A stretch of 64,000 nt of DNA, from assembly GCA_964016885.1 (NCBI GenBank), contig OZ024744.1:102982001-103046000 (forward strand), in the 5' to 3' direction. The stretch is from Eledone cirrhosa. Its lineage: Eukaryota. The translations under genes were made by a program, and so were the position numbers. The notes beneath the pieces are model-generated. The model was not told where the DNA came from, searched no databases, and saw nothing but the letters and a program-made list of their open reading frames with translations. Below, in pieces: positions 13,800 to 28,100 of the stretch (the first letter of the stretch is position 1; each line of letters opens with the position of its first letter).

Positions 13800-16700
13800 T
13801 ACTGTTTAAAGTGGTCCTGTTGCCATGAAACTAAAAAGTAGTCAGTCCGATAATTAAAGTTGTCCTGCTGCCATGAAATTAAAAAGTAGTCAGTCTACTG
13901 TTTAAAGTTATCCTGTTGCCATGAAACCAAAAAGTAGTCAGTCCACTATTTAAAGTGGTCCTGCTGCCATGAAACTAAAAAGTAGTCAGTCTACTGTTTA
14001 AAGTGGTCCTGCTGCCATGAAACTAAAAAGTAACCAGTCTACTGTTTAAAGTGGTCCTGCTGCCATGAAACTAAAAAGTAGTCAGTCTACTGTTTAAAGT
14101 GGTCCTGCTGCCATGAAATTAAAAAGTAGTCAGTCTACTGTTTAAAGTGGTCCTGCTGCCATGAAACTAAAAAGTAACCAGTCTACTGTTTAAAGTGGTC
14201 CTGCTGCCATGGAACTAAAAAGTAATCAGTCTACTGTTTAAAGTGGGCCTGCTGCTATGAAACTAAAAAGTAGTCAGTCCACTGTTTAAAGTGGTTCTGC
14301 TGCCATGAAACTAAAAAGTAACCAGTCCACTGTTTAAAGTGGTACTGTTGCAATGAAACTAAAAAGTAACCAGTCCACTGTTTAAAGTGGTACTGTTGCA
14401 ATGAAACTAAAAAGTAACCAGTCCACTGTTTAAAGTGGTACTGTTGCAATGAAACTAAAAATTAGTCAGTCCACTGTTTAAAGTGGTCCTGCTGCCATGA
14501 AACTAAAAAGTAACCAGTCTACTGCTTAAAGTGGTCCTGTTGCCATGAAACTAAAAAGTAGTCAGTCTACTGTTTAAAGTGGTCCTGCTGCCATGAAACT
14601 AAAAAGTAGTCAGTCTACTGTTTAAAGTGGTCCTGTTGCCATGAAACTAAAAAATAGTCAGTCTACTGTTTAAAGTGGTCCTGCTGCCATGAAACTAAAA
14701 AGTAACCAGTCCAGTATTTAAAGTGGTCCTGTTGCCATGAAACTAAAAAGTGGTCAGTCTACTGTTCAAAGTGGTACTGCTGCCATGAAACTAAAAAGTA
14801 GTCAGTCTACTGTTTAACTGGTCTTGTTGCCATGAAACTAAAAAGTAACCAGTCTACTGGTCAAAGTGGTCCTGCTGCCATGAAACTAAAAAGTAGTCAG
14901 TCAACTGTTTAAAGTCGTCCTGCTGCCATGAAACTAAAAAGGAGTCAGTCTACTGTTTAAACTGGTCCTGCTGCCATGAAACTAAAAAGTAACCAGTTCC
15001 ACTGTTTAAAGTGGTCCTGTTGCCATGAAACTAAAAAGTAAACAGTTTACTGTTTAAAGTGGTCCTGCTGCCATGAAATTAAAAAGTAGTCAGTCTACTG
15101 TTTAAAGTGGTCCTGCTGCCATGAAACTAAAAAGTAACCAGTCTACTGTTTAAAGTGGTCCTGCTGCCATGGAACTAAAAAGTAATCAGTCTACTGTTTA
15201 AAGTGGGCCTGCTGCTATGAAACTAAAAAGTAGTCAGTCCACTGTTTAAAGTGGTTCTGCTGCCATGAAACTAAAAAGTAACCAGTCCACTGTTTAAAGT
15301 GGTACTGTTGCAATGAAACTAAAAAGTAACCAGTCCACTGTTTAAAGTGGTACTGTTGCAATGAAACTAAAAATTAGTCAGTCCACTGTTTAAAGTGGTC
15401 CTGCTGCCATGAAACTAAAAAGTAACCAGTCTACTGCTTAAAGTGGTCCTGTTGCCATGAAACTAAAAAGTAGTCAGTCTACTGTTTAAAGTGGTCCTGC
15501 TGCCATGAAACTAAAAAGTAACCAGTCTACTGCTTAAAGTGGTCCTGTTGCCATGAAACTAAAAAGTAGTCAGTCTACTGTTTAAAGTGGTCCTGCTGCC
15601 ATGAAACTAAAAAGTAGTCAGTCTACTGTTTAAAGTGGTCCTGTTGCCATGAAACTAAAAAATAGTCAGTCTACTGTTTAAAGTGGTCCTGCTGCCATGA
15701 AACTAAAAAGTAACCAGTCCAGTATTTAAAGTGGTCCTGTTGCCATGAAACTAAAAAGTGGTCAGTCTACTGTTCAAAGTGGTACTGCTGCCATGAAACT
15801 AAAAAGTAGTCAGTCTACTGTTTAACTGGTCTTGTTGCCATGAAACTAAAAAGTAACCAGTCTACTGGTCAAAGTGGTCCTGCTGCCATGAAACTAAAAA
15901 GTAGTCAGTCAACTGTTTAAAGTCGTCCTGCTGCCATGAAACTAAAAAGGAGTCAGTCTACTGTTTAAACTGGTCCTGCTGCCATGAAACTAAAAAGTAA
16001 CCAGTTCCACTGTTTAAAGTGGTCCTGTTGCCATGAAACTAAAAAGTAAACAGTTTACTGTTTAAAGTGGTCCTGTTGCCATGAAACTAAAACGTAAACA
16101 GTCTACTGTTTAAAGTGGTCCTTTTGCCGTGAAACTAAAAAGTAACCATTCCACTGTTTAAAGTGGTCCTGCTGCCATGAAACTAGAAAGTAACCAGCCT
16201 ACTCTTTAAAGTGGTCGTGTTGCCATTAAACTACAAAGTAACCAGTCTACTGTTTAAAGTGGTCCTGCTGCCATGAAACTAAAAAGTAGTCAGTCTACTG
16301 TTTAAAGTGGCCCTGCTTCCATGAAACTAAAAAGTAGTCAGTATACTGTTTAAAGTGGTCCTGCTGCCATGAAACTAAAAAGTAACCAGACCACTGTTTA
16401 AAGTGGTCATGCTCCCATGAAACTAAAAAGTAACCAGTCTACTGCTTAAAGTGGTTCTGTTGCCATGAAACTAAAAAGCAGTCAGTCAACTGTTTAAAGT
16501 GGTCCTGTTGCCATGAAACTCAAAAGTAACCAGTCTACTGCTTAAAGTGGTCCTCTTGCAATGAAACTAAAAAGTAGTCAGTCTACTGTTTAAAGTGGTC
16601 CTGCTGCCATGAAACTAAAAAGTAGTCAGTCTACTGTTTAAAGTGGTCCTGCTGCCATGAAACTAAAAAGTAACCAGTCTACTGTTTAAAGTGGTCCTGT

Positions 16701-19700
16701 TGCCATGAAACTAAAAAGTAGTCAGTCCGATAATTAAAGTTGTCCTGCTGCCATGAAATTAAAAAGTAGTCAGTCTACTGTTTAAAGTTATCCTGTTGCC
16801 ATGAAACCAAAAAGTAGTCAGTCCACTATTTAAAGTGGTCCTGCTGCCATGAAACTAAAAAGTAGTCAGTCTACTGTTTAAAGTGGTCCTGCTGCCATGA
16901 AACTAAAAAGTAACCAGTCTACTGTTTAAAGTGGTCCTGCTGCCATGAAACTAAAAAGTAGTCAGTCTACTGTTTAAAGTGGTCCTGCTGCCATGAAATT
17001 AAAAAGTAGTCAGTCTACTGTTTAAAGTGGTCCTGCTGCCATGGAACTAAAAAGTAATCAGTCTACTGTTTAAAGTGGGCCTGCTGCTATGAAACTAAAA
17101 AGTAGTCAGTCCACTGTTTAAAGTGGTTCTGCTGCCATGAAACTAAAAAGTAACCAGTCCACTGTTTAAAGTGGTACTGTTGCAATGAAACTAAAAAGTA
17201 ACCAGTCCACTGTTTAAAGTGGTACTGTTGCAATGAAACTAAAAAGTAACCAGTCCACTGTTTAAAGTGGTACTGTTGCAATGAAACTAAAAATTAGTCA
17301 GTCCACTGTTTAAAGTGGTCCTGCTGCCATGAAACTAAAAAGTAACCAGTCTACTGCTTAAAGTGGTCCTGTTGCCATGAAACTAAAAAGTAGTCAGTCT
17401 ACTGTTTAAAGTGGTCCTGCTGCCATGAAACTAAAAAGTAGTCAGTCTACTGTTTAAAGTGGTCCTGTTGCCATGAAACTAAAAAATAGTCAGTCTACTG
17501 TTTAAAGTGGTCCTGCTGCCATGAAACTAAAAAGTAACCAGTCCAGTATTTAAAGTGGTCCTGTTGCCATGAAACTAAAAAGTGGTCAGTCTACTGTTCA
17601 AAGTGGTACTGCTGCTATGAAACTAAAAAGTAGTCAGTCTACTGTTTAACTGGTCTTGTTGCCATGAAACTAAAAAGTAACCAGTCTACTGGTCAAAGTG
17701 GTCCTGCTGCCATGAAACTAAAAAGTAGTCAGTCAACTGTTTAAAGTCGTCCTGCTGCCATGAAACTAAAAAGGAGTCAGTCTACTGTTTAAACTGGTCC
17801 TGCTGCCATGAAACTAAAAAGTAACCAGTTCCACTGTTTAAAGTGGTCCTGTTGCCATGAAACTAAAAAGTAAACAGTTTACTGTTTAAAGTGGTCCTGT
17901 TGCTATGAAACTAAAAAGTAAACAGTCTACTGTTTAAAGTGGTCCTTTTGCCGTGAAACTAAAAAGTAACCATTCCACTGTTTAAAGTGGTCCTGCTGCC
18001 ATGAAACTAGAAAGTAACCAGCCTACTCTTTAAAGTGGTCGTGTTGCCATTAAACTACAAAGTAACCAGTCTACTGTTTAAAGTGGTCCTGCTGCCATGA
18101 AACTAAAAAGTAGTCAGTCTACTGTTTAAAGTGGCCCTGCTTCCATGAAACTAAAAAGTAGTCAGTATACTGTTTAAAGTGGTCCTGCTGCCATGAAACT
18201 AAAAAGTAACCAGTTCCACTGTTTAAAGTGGTCCTGTTGCCATGAAACTAAAAAGTAAACAGTTTACTGTTTAAAGTGGTCCTGTTGCTATGAAACTAAA
18301 AAGTAAACAGTCTACTGTTTAAAGTGGTCCTTTTGCCGTGAAACTCAAAAGTAACCATTCCACTGTTTAAAGTGGTCCTGCTGCCATGAAACTAGAAAGT
18401 AACCAGCCTACTCTTTAAAGTTGTCCTGCTGCGATGAAACTAAAAAGTAACCAGTCTACTGTTTAAAGTGGTCCTGTTGCCATGAAACTAAAAAGTAGTC
18501 AGTCCGATAATTAAAGTTGTCCTGCTGCCATGAAATTAAAAAGTAGTCAGTCTACTGTTTAAAGTTATCCTGTTGCCATGAAACCAAAAAGTAGTCAGTC
18601 CACTATTTAAAGTGGTCCTGCTGCCATGAAACTAAAAAGTAGTCAGTCTACTGTTTAAAGTGGTCCTGCTGCCATGAAACTAAAAAGTAACCAGTCTACT
18701 GTTTAAAGTGGTCCTGCTGCCATGAAACTAAAAAGTAGTCAGTCTACTGTTTAAAGTGGTCCTGCTGCCATGAAATTAAAAAGTAGTCAGTCTACTGTTT
18801 AAAGTGGTCCTGCTGCCATGAAACTAAAAAGTAACCAGTCTACTGTTTAAAGTGGTCCTGCTGCCATGGAACTAAAAAGTAATCAGTCTACTGTTTAAAG
18901 TGGGCCTGCTGCTATGAAACTAAAAAGTAGTCAGTCCACTGTTTAAAGTGGTTCTGCTGCCATGAAACTAAAAAGTAACCAGTCCACTGTTTAAAGTGGT
19001 ACTGTTGCAATGAAACTAAAAAGTAACCAGTCCACTGTTTAAAGTGGTACTGTTGCAATGAAACTAAAAAGTAACCAGTCCACTGTTTAAAGTGGTACTG
19101 TTGCAATGAAACTAAAAATTAGTCAGTCCACTGTTTAAAGTGGTCCTGCTGCCATGAAACTAAAAAGTAACCAGTCTACTGCTTAAAGTGGTCCTGTTGC
19201 CATGAAACTAAAAAGTAGTCAGTCTACTGTTTAAAGTGGTCCTGCTGCCATGAAACTAAAAAGTAGTCAGTCTACTGTTTAAAGTGGTCCTGTTGCCATG
19301 AAACTAAAAAATAGTCAGTCTACTGTTTAAAGTGGTCCTGCTGCCATGAAACTAAAAAGTAACCAGTCCAGTATTTAAAGTGGTCCTGTTGCCATGAAAC
19401 TAAAAAGTGGTCAGTCTACTGTTCAAAGTGGTACTGCTGCCATGAAACTAAAAAGTAGTCAGTCTACTGTTTAACTGGTCTTGTTGCCATGAAACTAAAA
19501 AGTAACCAGTCTACTGGTCAAAGTGGTCCTGCTGCCATGAAACTAAAAAGTAGTCAGTCAACTGTTTAAAGTCGTCCTGCTGCCATGAAACTAAAAAGGA
19601 GTCAGTCTACTGTTTAAACTGGTCCTGCTGCCATGAAACTAAAAAGTAACCAGTTCCACTGTTTAAAGTGGTCCTGTTGCCATGAAACTAAAAAGTAAAC

Positions 19701-22150
19701 AGTTTACTGTTTAAAGTGGTCCTGTTGCCATGAAACTAAAAAGTAAACAGTCTACTGTTTAAAGTGGTCCTTTTGCCGTGAAACTAAAAAGTAACCATTC
19801 CACTGTTTAAAGTGGTCCTGCTGCCATGAAACTAGAAAGTAACCAGCCTACTCTTTAAAGTGGTCGTGTTGCCATTAAACTACAAAGTAACCAGTCTACT
19901 GTTTAAAGTGGTCCTGCTGCCATGAAACTAAAAAGTAGTCAGTCTACTGTTTAAAGTGGCCCTGCTTCCATGAAACTAAAAAGTAGTCAGTATACTGTTT
20001 AAAGTGGTCCTGCTGCCATGAAACTAAAAAGTAACCAGACCACTGTTTAAAGTGGTCATGCTCCCATGAAACTAAAAAGTAACCAGTCTACTGCTTAAAG
20101 TGGTTCTGTTGCCATGAAACTAAAAAGCAGTCAGTCAACTGTTTAAAGTGGTCCTGTTGCCATGAAACTCAAAAGTAACCAGTCTACTGTTTAAAGTGGT
20201 CCTCTTGCAATGAAACTAAAAAGTAGTCAGTCTACTGTTTAAAGTGGTCCTGCTGCCATGAAACTAAAAAGTAGTCAGTCTACTGTTTAAAGTGGTCCTG
20301 CTGCCAAGAAACTAAAAAGTAACCAGTCTACTGTTTAAAGTGGTCCTGTTGCCATGAAACTAAAAAGTAGTCAGTCCGATAATTAAAGTTGTCCTGCTGC
20401 CATGAAATTAAAAAGTAGTCAGTCTACTGTTTAAAGTTATCCTGTTGCAATGAAACCAAAAAGTAGTCAGTCCACTATTTAAAGTGGTCCTGCTGCCATG
20501 AAACTAAAAAGTAGTCAGTCTACTGTTTAAAGTGGTCCTGCTGCCATGAAACTAAAAAGTAACCAGTCTACTGTTTAAAGTGGTCCTGCTGCCATGAAAC
20601 TAAAAAGTAGTCAGTCTACTGTTTAAAGTGGTCCTGCTGCCATGAAATTAAAAAGTAGTCAGTCTACTGTTTAAAGTGGTCCTGCTGCCATGGAACTAAA
20701 AAGTAATCAGTCTACTGTTTAAAGTGGGCCTGCTGCTATGAAACTAAAAAGTAGTCAGTCCACTGTTTAAAGTGGTTCTGCTGCCATGAAACTAAAAAGT
20801 AACCAGTCCACTGTTTAAAGTGGTACTGTTGCAATAAAACTAAAAAGTAACCAGTCCACTGTTTAAAGTGGTACTGTTGCAATGAAACTAAAAAGTAACC
20901 AGTCCACTGTTTAAAGTGGTACTGTTGCAATGAAACTAAAAATTAGTCAGTCCACTGTTTAAAGTGGTCCTGCTGCCATGAAACTAAAAAGTAACCAGTC
21001 TACTGCTTAAAGTGGTCCTGTTGCCATGAAACTAAAAAGTAGTCAGTCTACTGTTTAAAGTGGTCCTGCTGCCATGAAACTAAAAGTAGTCAGTCTACTG
21101 TTTAAAGTGGTCCTGTTGCCATGAAACTAAAAAATAGTCAGTCTACTGTTTAAAGTGGTCCTGCTGCCATGAAACTAAAAAGTAACCAGTCCAGTATTTA
21201 AAGTGGTCCTGTTGCCATGAAACTAAAAAGTGGTCAGTCTACTGTTCAAAGTGGTACTGCTGCTATGAAACTAAAAAGTAGTCAGTCTACTGTTTAACTG
21301 GTCTTGTTGCCATGAAACTAAAAAGTAACCAGTCTACTGGTCAAAGTGGTCCTGCTGCCATGAAACTAAAAAGTAGTCAGTCAACTGTTTAAAGTCGTCC
21401 TGCTGCCATGAAACTAAAAAGGAGTCAGTCTACTGTTTAAACTGGTCCTGCTGCCATGAAACTAAAAAGTAACCAGTTCCACTGTTTAAAGTGGTCCTGT
21501 TGCCATGAAACTAAAAAGTAAACAGTTTACTGTTTAAAGTGGTCCTGTTGCTATGAAACTAAAAAGTAAACAGTCTACTGTTTAAAGTGGTCCTTTTGCC
21601 GTGAAACTAAAAAGTAACCATTCCACTGTTTAAAGTGGTCCTGCTGCCATGAAACTAGAAAGTAACCAGCCTACTCTTTAAAGTGGTCGTGTTGTCATTA
21701 AACTACAAAGTAACCAGTCTACTGTTTAAAGTGGTCCTGCTGCCATGAAACTAAAAAGTAGTCAGTCTACTGTTTAAAGTGGCCCTGCTTCCATGAAACT
21801 AAAAAGTAGTCAGTATACTGTTTAAAGTGGTCCTGCTGCCATGAAACTAAAAAGTAACCAGACCACGGTTTAAAGTGGTCATACTCCCATGAAACTAAAA
21901 AGTAACCAGTCTACTGCTTAAAGTGGTTCTGTTGCCATGAAACTAAAAAGCAGTCAGTCAACTGTTTAAAGTGGTCCTGTTGCCATGAAACTCAAAAGTA
22001 ACCAGTCTACTGCTTAAAGTGGTCCTCTTGCAATGAAACTAAAAAGTAGTCAGTCTACTGTTTAAAGTGGTCCTGCTGCCATGAAACTAAAAAGTAGTCA
22101 GTCTACTGTTTAAAGTGGTCCTGCTGCCATGAAACTAAAAAGTAACCAGT
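13800..22150. repeat. Higher-order repeat tract, about 1824-bp (38-monomer) period with variant units
   Basis: Marker AAGGAGTCAG (GG position) at 14941, 15949, 17773, 19598 and 21421 (spacings 1008, 1824, 1825, 1823). Marker CCGATAATT at 13847, 16727, 18504 and 20376. Near-identical ORF-track hits at 17087, 18912 and 20736. Confidence 0.85.
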
Positions 22151-25100
22151 CCACTGTTTAAAGTGGTCCTGCTGCCATGAAAGTAAAAAGTAACCAGTCC
22201 ACTGTTTAAAGTAGTACTGCTGCCATGAAACTAAAAAGTAACCAGTCCACTGTTTAAAGTGGTCCTGTTGCCATGAAACTAAAAAGTAGTCAGTCTACTG
22301 TTTAAAGTGGTCCTGCTGCCATGAAACTAAAAAGTAGTCAGTCTACTGTTTAAAGTGGTCCTGTTGCCATGAAACTAAAAAATAGTCAGTCTTCTGTCTT
22401 AAAGTGGTCCTGCTGCCATGAAACTAAAAAATAGTCAGTATACTGTTTAAAGTGGTCCTGCTGCCATGATACTAAAAAGTAACCAGTCCACTGTTTAAAG
22501 TGGTCCTGCTGCCATGAAACTAAAAAGTAACCAGGCTACTGCTTAAAGCGGTTCTGTTGCCATGAAACTAAAAAGCAGTCCGTCTACTGTTTAAAGTGGT
22601 CCTGTTGCCATGAAACTCAAAAGTAACCAGTCCACTGTTTAAAATGGTCCTGTTGCCATGAAACTAAAAAGTAGCCAGTCTACTGTTTAAAGTGGTCCTG
22701 CTGCCATGAAACTAAAAAGTAACCATTCCACTGTTTAAAGTGGTCCTGCTGCCATGAAACTAAAAAGTAACCAGTCCACTGTTTAAAGTGGTCCTGCTGC
22801 CATGAAACTAAAAAGTAACCAGTTCACTATTTAAAGTGGTCCTGTTGCCATGAAACTAAAAAGTACTCAGTCCACTGTTTAAAGTGGTCCTGCTGCCATG
22901 AAACTAAAAAGTAACCAGTCTACTGCTTAAAGTGGTCCTGCTGCCATGAAACAAAAAAATAGTCAGTCTACTGTTTAAAGTGGTCCTGCTGCCATGAAAC
23001 TAAAAAGTAGTCATTCTACTGGTTAAAGTGGTTATGCTGCCATGAAACTAAAAAGTAGTCAGTCTACTGGTTAAAGTGGTTATACTGCCATGAAACTAAA
23101 AAGTAGTCAGTCTACTGTTTAAAGTGGTCCTGCTGCCATGAAACTAAAAAGTATCCAGTCTACTGCTTAAAGTGGTTCTGTTGCCATGAAACTAAAAAGT
23201 AGTCAGTCCACTGTTTAAAGTGGTCCTGTTGCCATGAAACTAGAAAGTAGTCAGTCCACTGTTTAAAGTGGTCCTGCTGCCATGAAACTGCAAAGTAACC
23301 AGTCTACTGCTTAAAGTGGTCCCGTTGCCATGAAACTAAAAAGTAGTCAGTCTACTGTTTCAAGTGGTCCTGCTGCCATGAAACTAAAAAGTAGTCAGTC
23401 CACTGTTTAAAGTGGTACTGTTGCAATGAAACTAAAAAGTAACCAGTCCACTGTTTAAAGTGGTACTGTTGCAATGAAACTAAAAAGTAACCAGTCCACT
23501 GTTTAAAGTGGTACTGTTGCAATGAAACTAAAAATTAGTCAGTCCACTGTTTAAAGTGGTCCTGCTGCCATGAAACTAAAAAGTAACCAGTCTACTGCTT
23601 AAAGTGGTCCTGTTGCCATGAAACTAAAAAGTAGTCAGTCTACTGTTTAAAGTGGTCCTGCTGCCATGAAACTAAAAAGTAGTCAGTCTACTGTTTAAAG
23701 TGGTCCTGTTGCCATGAAACTAAAAAATAGTCAGTCTACTGTTTAAAGTGGTCCTGCTGCCATGAAACTAAAAAGTAACCAGTCCAGTATTTAAAGTGGT
23801 CCTGTTGCCATGAAACTAAAAAGTGGTCAGTCTACTGTTCAAAGTGGTACTGCTGCCATGAAACTAAAAAGTAGTCAGTCTACTGTTTAACTGGTCTTGT
23901 TGCCATGAAACTAAAAAGTAACCAGTCTACTGGTCAAAGTGGTCCTGCTGCCATGAAACTAAAAAGTAGTCAGTCAACTGTTTAAAGTCGTCCTGCTGCC
24001 ATGAAACTAAAAAGGAGTCAGTCTACTGTTTAAACTGGTCCTGCTGCCATGAAACTAAAAAGTAACCAGTTCCACTGTTTAAAGTGGTCCTGTTGCCATG
24101 AAACTAAAAAGTAAACAGTTTACTGTTTAAAGTGGTCCTGTTGCCATGAAACTAAAAAGTAAACAGTCTACTGTTTAAAGTGGTCCTTTTGCCGTGAAAC
24201 TAAAAAGTAACCATTCCACTGTTTAAAGTGGTCCTGCTGCCATGAAACTAGAAAGTAACCAGCCTACTCTTTAAAGTGGTCCTGTTGCCATTAAACTAAA
24301 AAGTAACCAGTCTACTGTTTAAAGTGGTCCTGCTGCCATGAAACTAAAAAGTAGTCAGTCTACTGTTTAAAGTGGCCCTGCTTCCATGAAACTAAAAAGT
24401 AGTCAGTATACTGTTTAAAGTGGTCCTGCTGCCATGAAACTAAAAAGTAACCAGACCACTGTTTAAAGTGGTCATGCTCCCATGAAACTCAAAAGTAACC
24501 AGTCTACTGCTTAAAGTGGTTCTGTTGCCATGAAACAAAAAAGCAGTCAGTCAACTGTTTAAAGTGGTCCTGTTGCCATGAAACTCAAAAGTAACCAGTC
24601 TACTGCTTAAAGTGGTCCTCTTGCAATGAAACTAAAAAGTAGTCAGTCTACTGTTTAAAGTGGTCCTGCTGCCATGAAACTAAAAAGTAGTCAGTCTACT
24701 GTTTAAAGTGGTCCTGCTGCCATGAAACTAAAAAGTAACCAGTCCACTGTTTAAAGTGGTCCTGCTGCCATGAAAGTAAAAAGTAACCAGTCCACTGTTT
24801 AAAGTAGTCCTGCTGCCATGAAACTAAAAAGTAACCAGTCCACTGTTTAAAGTGGTCCTGTTGCCATGAAACTAAAAAGTAGTCAGTCTACTGTTTAAAG
24901 TGGTCCTGCTGCCATGAAACTAAAAAGTAGTCAGTCTACTGTTTAAAGTGGTCCTGTTGCCATGAAACTAAAAAATAGTCAGTCTTCTGTTTAAAGTGGT
25001 CCTGCTGCCATGAAACTAAAAAGTAGTCAGTATACTGTTTAAAGTGGTCCTGCTGCCATGAAACTAAAAAGTAACCAGTCCACTGTTTAAAGTGGTCCTG

Positions 25101-28100
25101 CTGCCATGAAACTAAAAAGTAACCAGGCTACTGCTTAAAGTGATTCTGTTGCCATGAAACTAAAAAGCAGTCCGTCTACTGTTTAAAGTGGTCCTGTTGC
25201 CATGAAACTCAAAAGTAACCAGTCCACTGTTTAAAATGGTCCTGTTGCCATGAAACTAAAAAGTAGCCAGTCTACTGTTTAAAGTGGTCCTGCTGCCATG
25301 AAACTAAAAAGTAACCAGCCTACTGCTTAAAGTGGTCCTGCTGCCATGAAACAAAAAAATAGTCAGTCTACTGTTTAAAGTGGTCCTGCTGCCATGAAAC
25401 TAAAAAGTAGTCATTCTACTGGTTAAAGTGGTTATGCTGCCATGAAACTAAAAAGTAGTCAGTCTACTGGTTAAAGTGGTTATACTGCCATGAAACTAAA
25501 AAGTAGTCAGTCTACTGTTTAAAGTGGTCCTGCTGCCATGAAACTAAAAAGTATCCAGTCTACTGCTTAAAGTGGTTCTGTTGCCATGAAGCTAAAAAGC
25601 AGTCAGTCTAATGTTTAAAGTGGTCCTGTTGCCATGAAACTAAAAAGTAACCAGTCCACTGTTTAAAGTGGTCCTGCTGCCATGAAACTAAAAAGTAACC
25701 AGTCCACTGTTTAAAGTGGTCCTGTTGCCATGAAACTAAAAAGTAGTCAGTCCACTGTTTAAAGTGGTCCTGCTGCCATGAAACTAAAAAGTAGTCAGTC
25801 TACTGTTTAAAGTGGTCCTGTTGCCATGAAACTAAAAAGTAGTCAGTATACTGTTTAAAGTGGTCCTGTTGCCATGAAACTACAAAGTAACCAGTCTACT
25901 GCTTAAAGTGGTCCCGTTGCCATGAAACTAAAAAGTAGTCAGTCCACTGTTTAAAGTGGTCCTGCTGCCATGAAACTAAAAAGTAGTCAGTCTACTGTTT
26001 AAAGTGGTCCTGTTGCCATGAAACTAAAAAGTAGTCAGTATACTGTTTAAAGTGGTCCTGCTGCCATGAAACTACAAAGTAACCAGTCTACTGCTTAAAG
26101 TGGTCCCGTTGCCATGAAACTAAAAAGTAGTCAGTCTACTGTTTAAAGTGGTCCTGTTGCCATGAAACTAAAAAGTAGTCAGTATACTGTTTAAAGTGGT
26201 CCTGCTGCCATGAAACTAAAAAGTAACCAGTCTACTGTTTAAAGTGGTCCTGCTGCCATGAAACTAAAAAGTAGTCAGTCTACTGTTTAACGTGGTCCTG
26301 TTGCCATGAAACTAAAAAATAGTCAGTCTACTGTTTAAAGTGGTCCTGCTTCCATGAAACTAAAAAGTAGTCAGTATACTGTTTAAAGTGGTCCTGCTGC
26401 CATGAAACTAAAAAGTAACCAGTCCACTGTTTAAAGTGGTCCTGCTGCCATGAAACTAAAAAGTAACCAGTCTACTGCTTAAAGTGGTTCTGTTGCCATG
26501 AAACTAAAAAGCAGTCAGTCTACTGTTTAAAGTGGTCCTGTTGCCATGAAACTCAAAAGTAACCAGTCCACTGTTTAAAATGGTCCTGTTGCCATGAAAC
26601 TAAAAAGTAGCCAGTCTACTGTTTAAAGTATTCCTGATACCATGAAACTAAAAAGTAACCAGTCCACTGTTTAAAGTGGTCCTGCTGCCATAAAACTAAA
26701 AAGTAACCAGTCCACTGTTTAAAGTGGTCCTGCTGCCATGAAACTAAAAAGTAACCAGTCCACTATTTAAAGTGGTCCTGTTGCCATGAAACTAAAAAGT
26801 AGTCAGTCCACTGTTTAAAGTGGTCCTGCTGAAATGAAACTAAAAAGTAACCAATCCATTGTTTAAAGTGGTCCTGCTGCTAGAAACTAAAAAGTAACCA
26901 GTCTATTGCTTAAAGTGGTTCTGTTGCCATGAAACTAAAAAGTAGTCAGTCTACTGTTTAAAGTGGTCCTCTTGCCATGAAACTAAAAAGTAGTCAGTCT
27001 ACTGTTTAAAGTGGTCCAGCTGCCATGAAACTAAAAAATAGTCAGTCTACTGTTTAAAGTGGTCCTGCTGCTATGAAACTAAAAAGTAACCAGTCTACTG
27101 TTTAAAGTCGTCCTGCTGCCATGAAACTAAAAAGTAGTCAGTCCACTGTTTAAAGTGGTCCTGCTGACATGAAACTAAAAAGTAATCAGTCTACTGTTTA
27201 ACTGGTCTTGTTGCCATGAAACTGAAAAGTAACCAGTCTACTGTTCAAAGTGGTCCTGCTGCCATGAAACTAAAAAGTAGTCAGTCAACTGTTTAAAGTG
27301 GTCCTGCTGCCATGAAATTAAAAAGTAACCAGTCCACTGTTTAAAGTGGTTCTGCTGCCATGAAACTAAAATTAGTCAGTCTACTGTTTAAAGTGGTCCT
27401 GCTGCCATGAAACTAAAAAGTAGTCAGTCTACTGTTTAAAGTGGTCCTGCTGCCATGAAACTAAAAAGTAACCAGTTCCACTGTTTAAAGTGGTCCTGTT
27501 GCCATGAAACTAAAAATAAACAGTCTACTGTTTAAAGTGGTCCTGTTGCCATGAAACAAAAAAGTAAACAGTCTACTGTTTAAAGTGGTCCTGTTGCCGT
27601 GAAACTAAAAAGTAACCATTCCACTGTTTAAAGTGGTCCTGCTTCCATGAAACTAGAAAGTAACCAGCCTACTCTTTAAAGTGGTCCTGTTGCCATTAAA
27701 CTAAAAACTAACCAGTGTACTGTTTAAAGTGGTCCTGCTGCCATGAAACAAAAAAGTAGTCAGTCTACTGTTTTAAGTGGTCTTGTTGCCATGAAACTAA
27801 AAGATAGTCAGTCTTCTGTTTAAAGTGGTCCTGCTGCCATGAAACTAAAAAGTAGTCAGTATACTGTTTAAAGTTGTCCTGCTGCCATGAAACTAAAAAG
27901 TAACCAGTCCACTGTTTAAAGTGGTCCTGCTGCCATGAAACTAAAAAGTAACCAGTCTACTGCTTAAAGTGGTTCTGTTGCCATGAAACTAAAAAGCAGT
28001 CAGTCTACTGTTTAAAGTGGTCCTGTTGCCATGAAACTAAAAAGTAGTCAGTCTACTGTTTAAAGTGGTCCTGCTGCCATAAAACTAAAAAGTAACCAGT

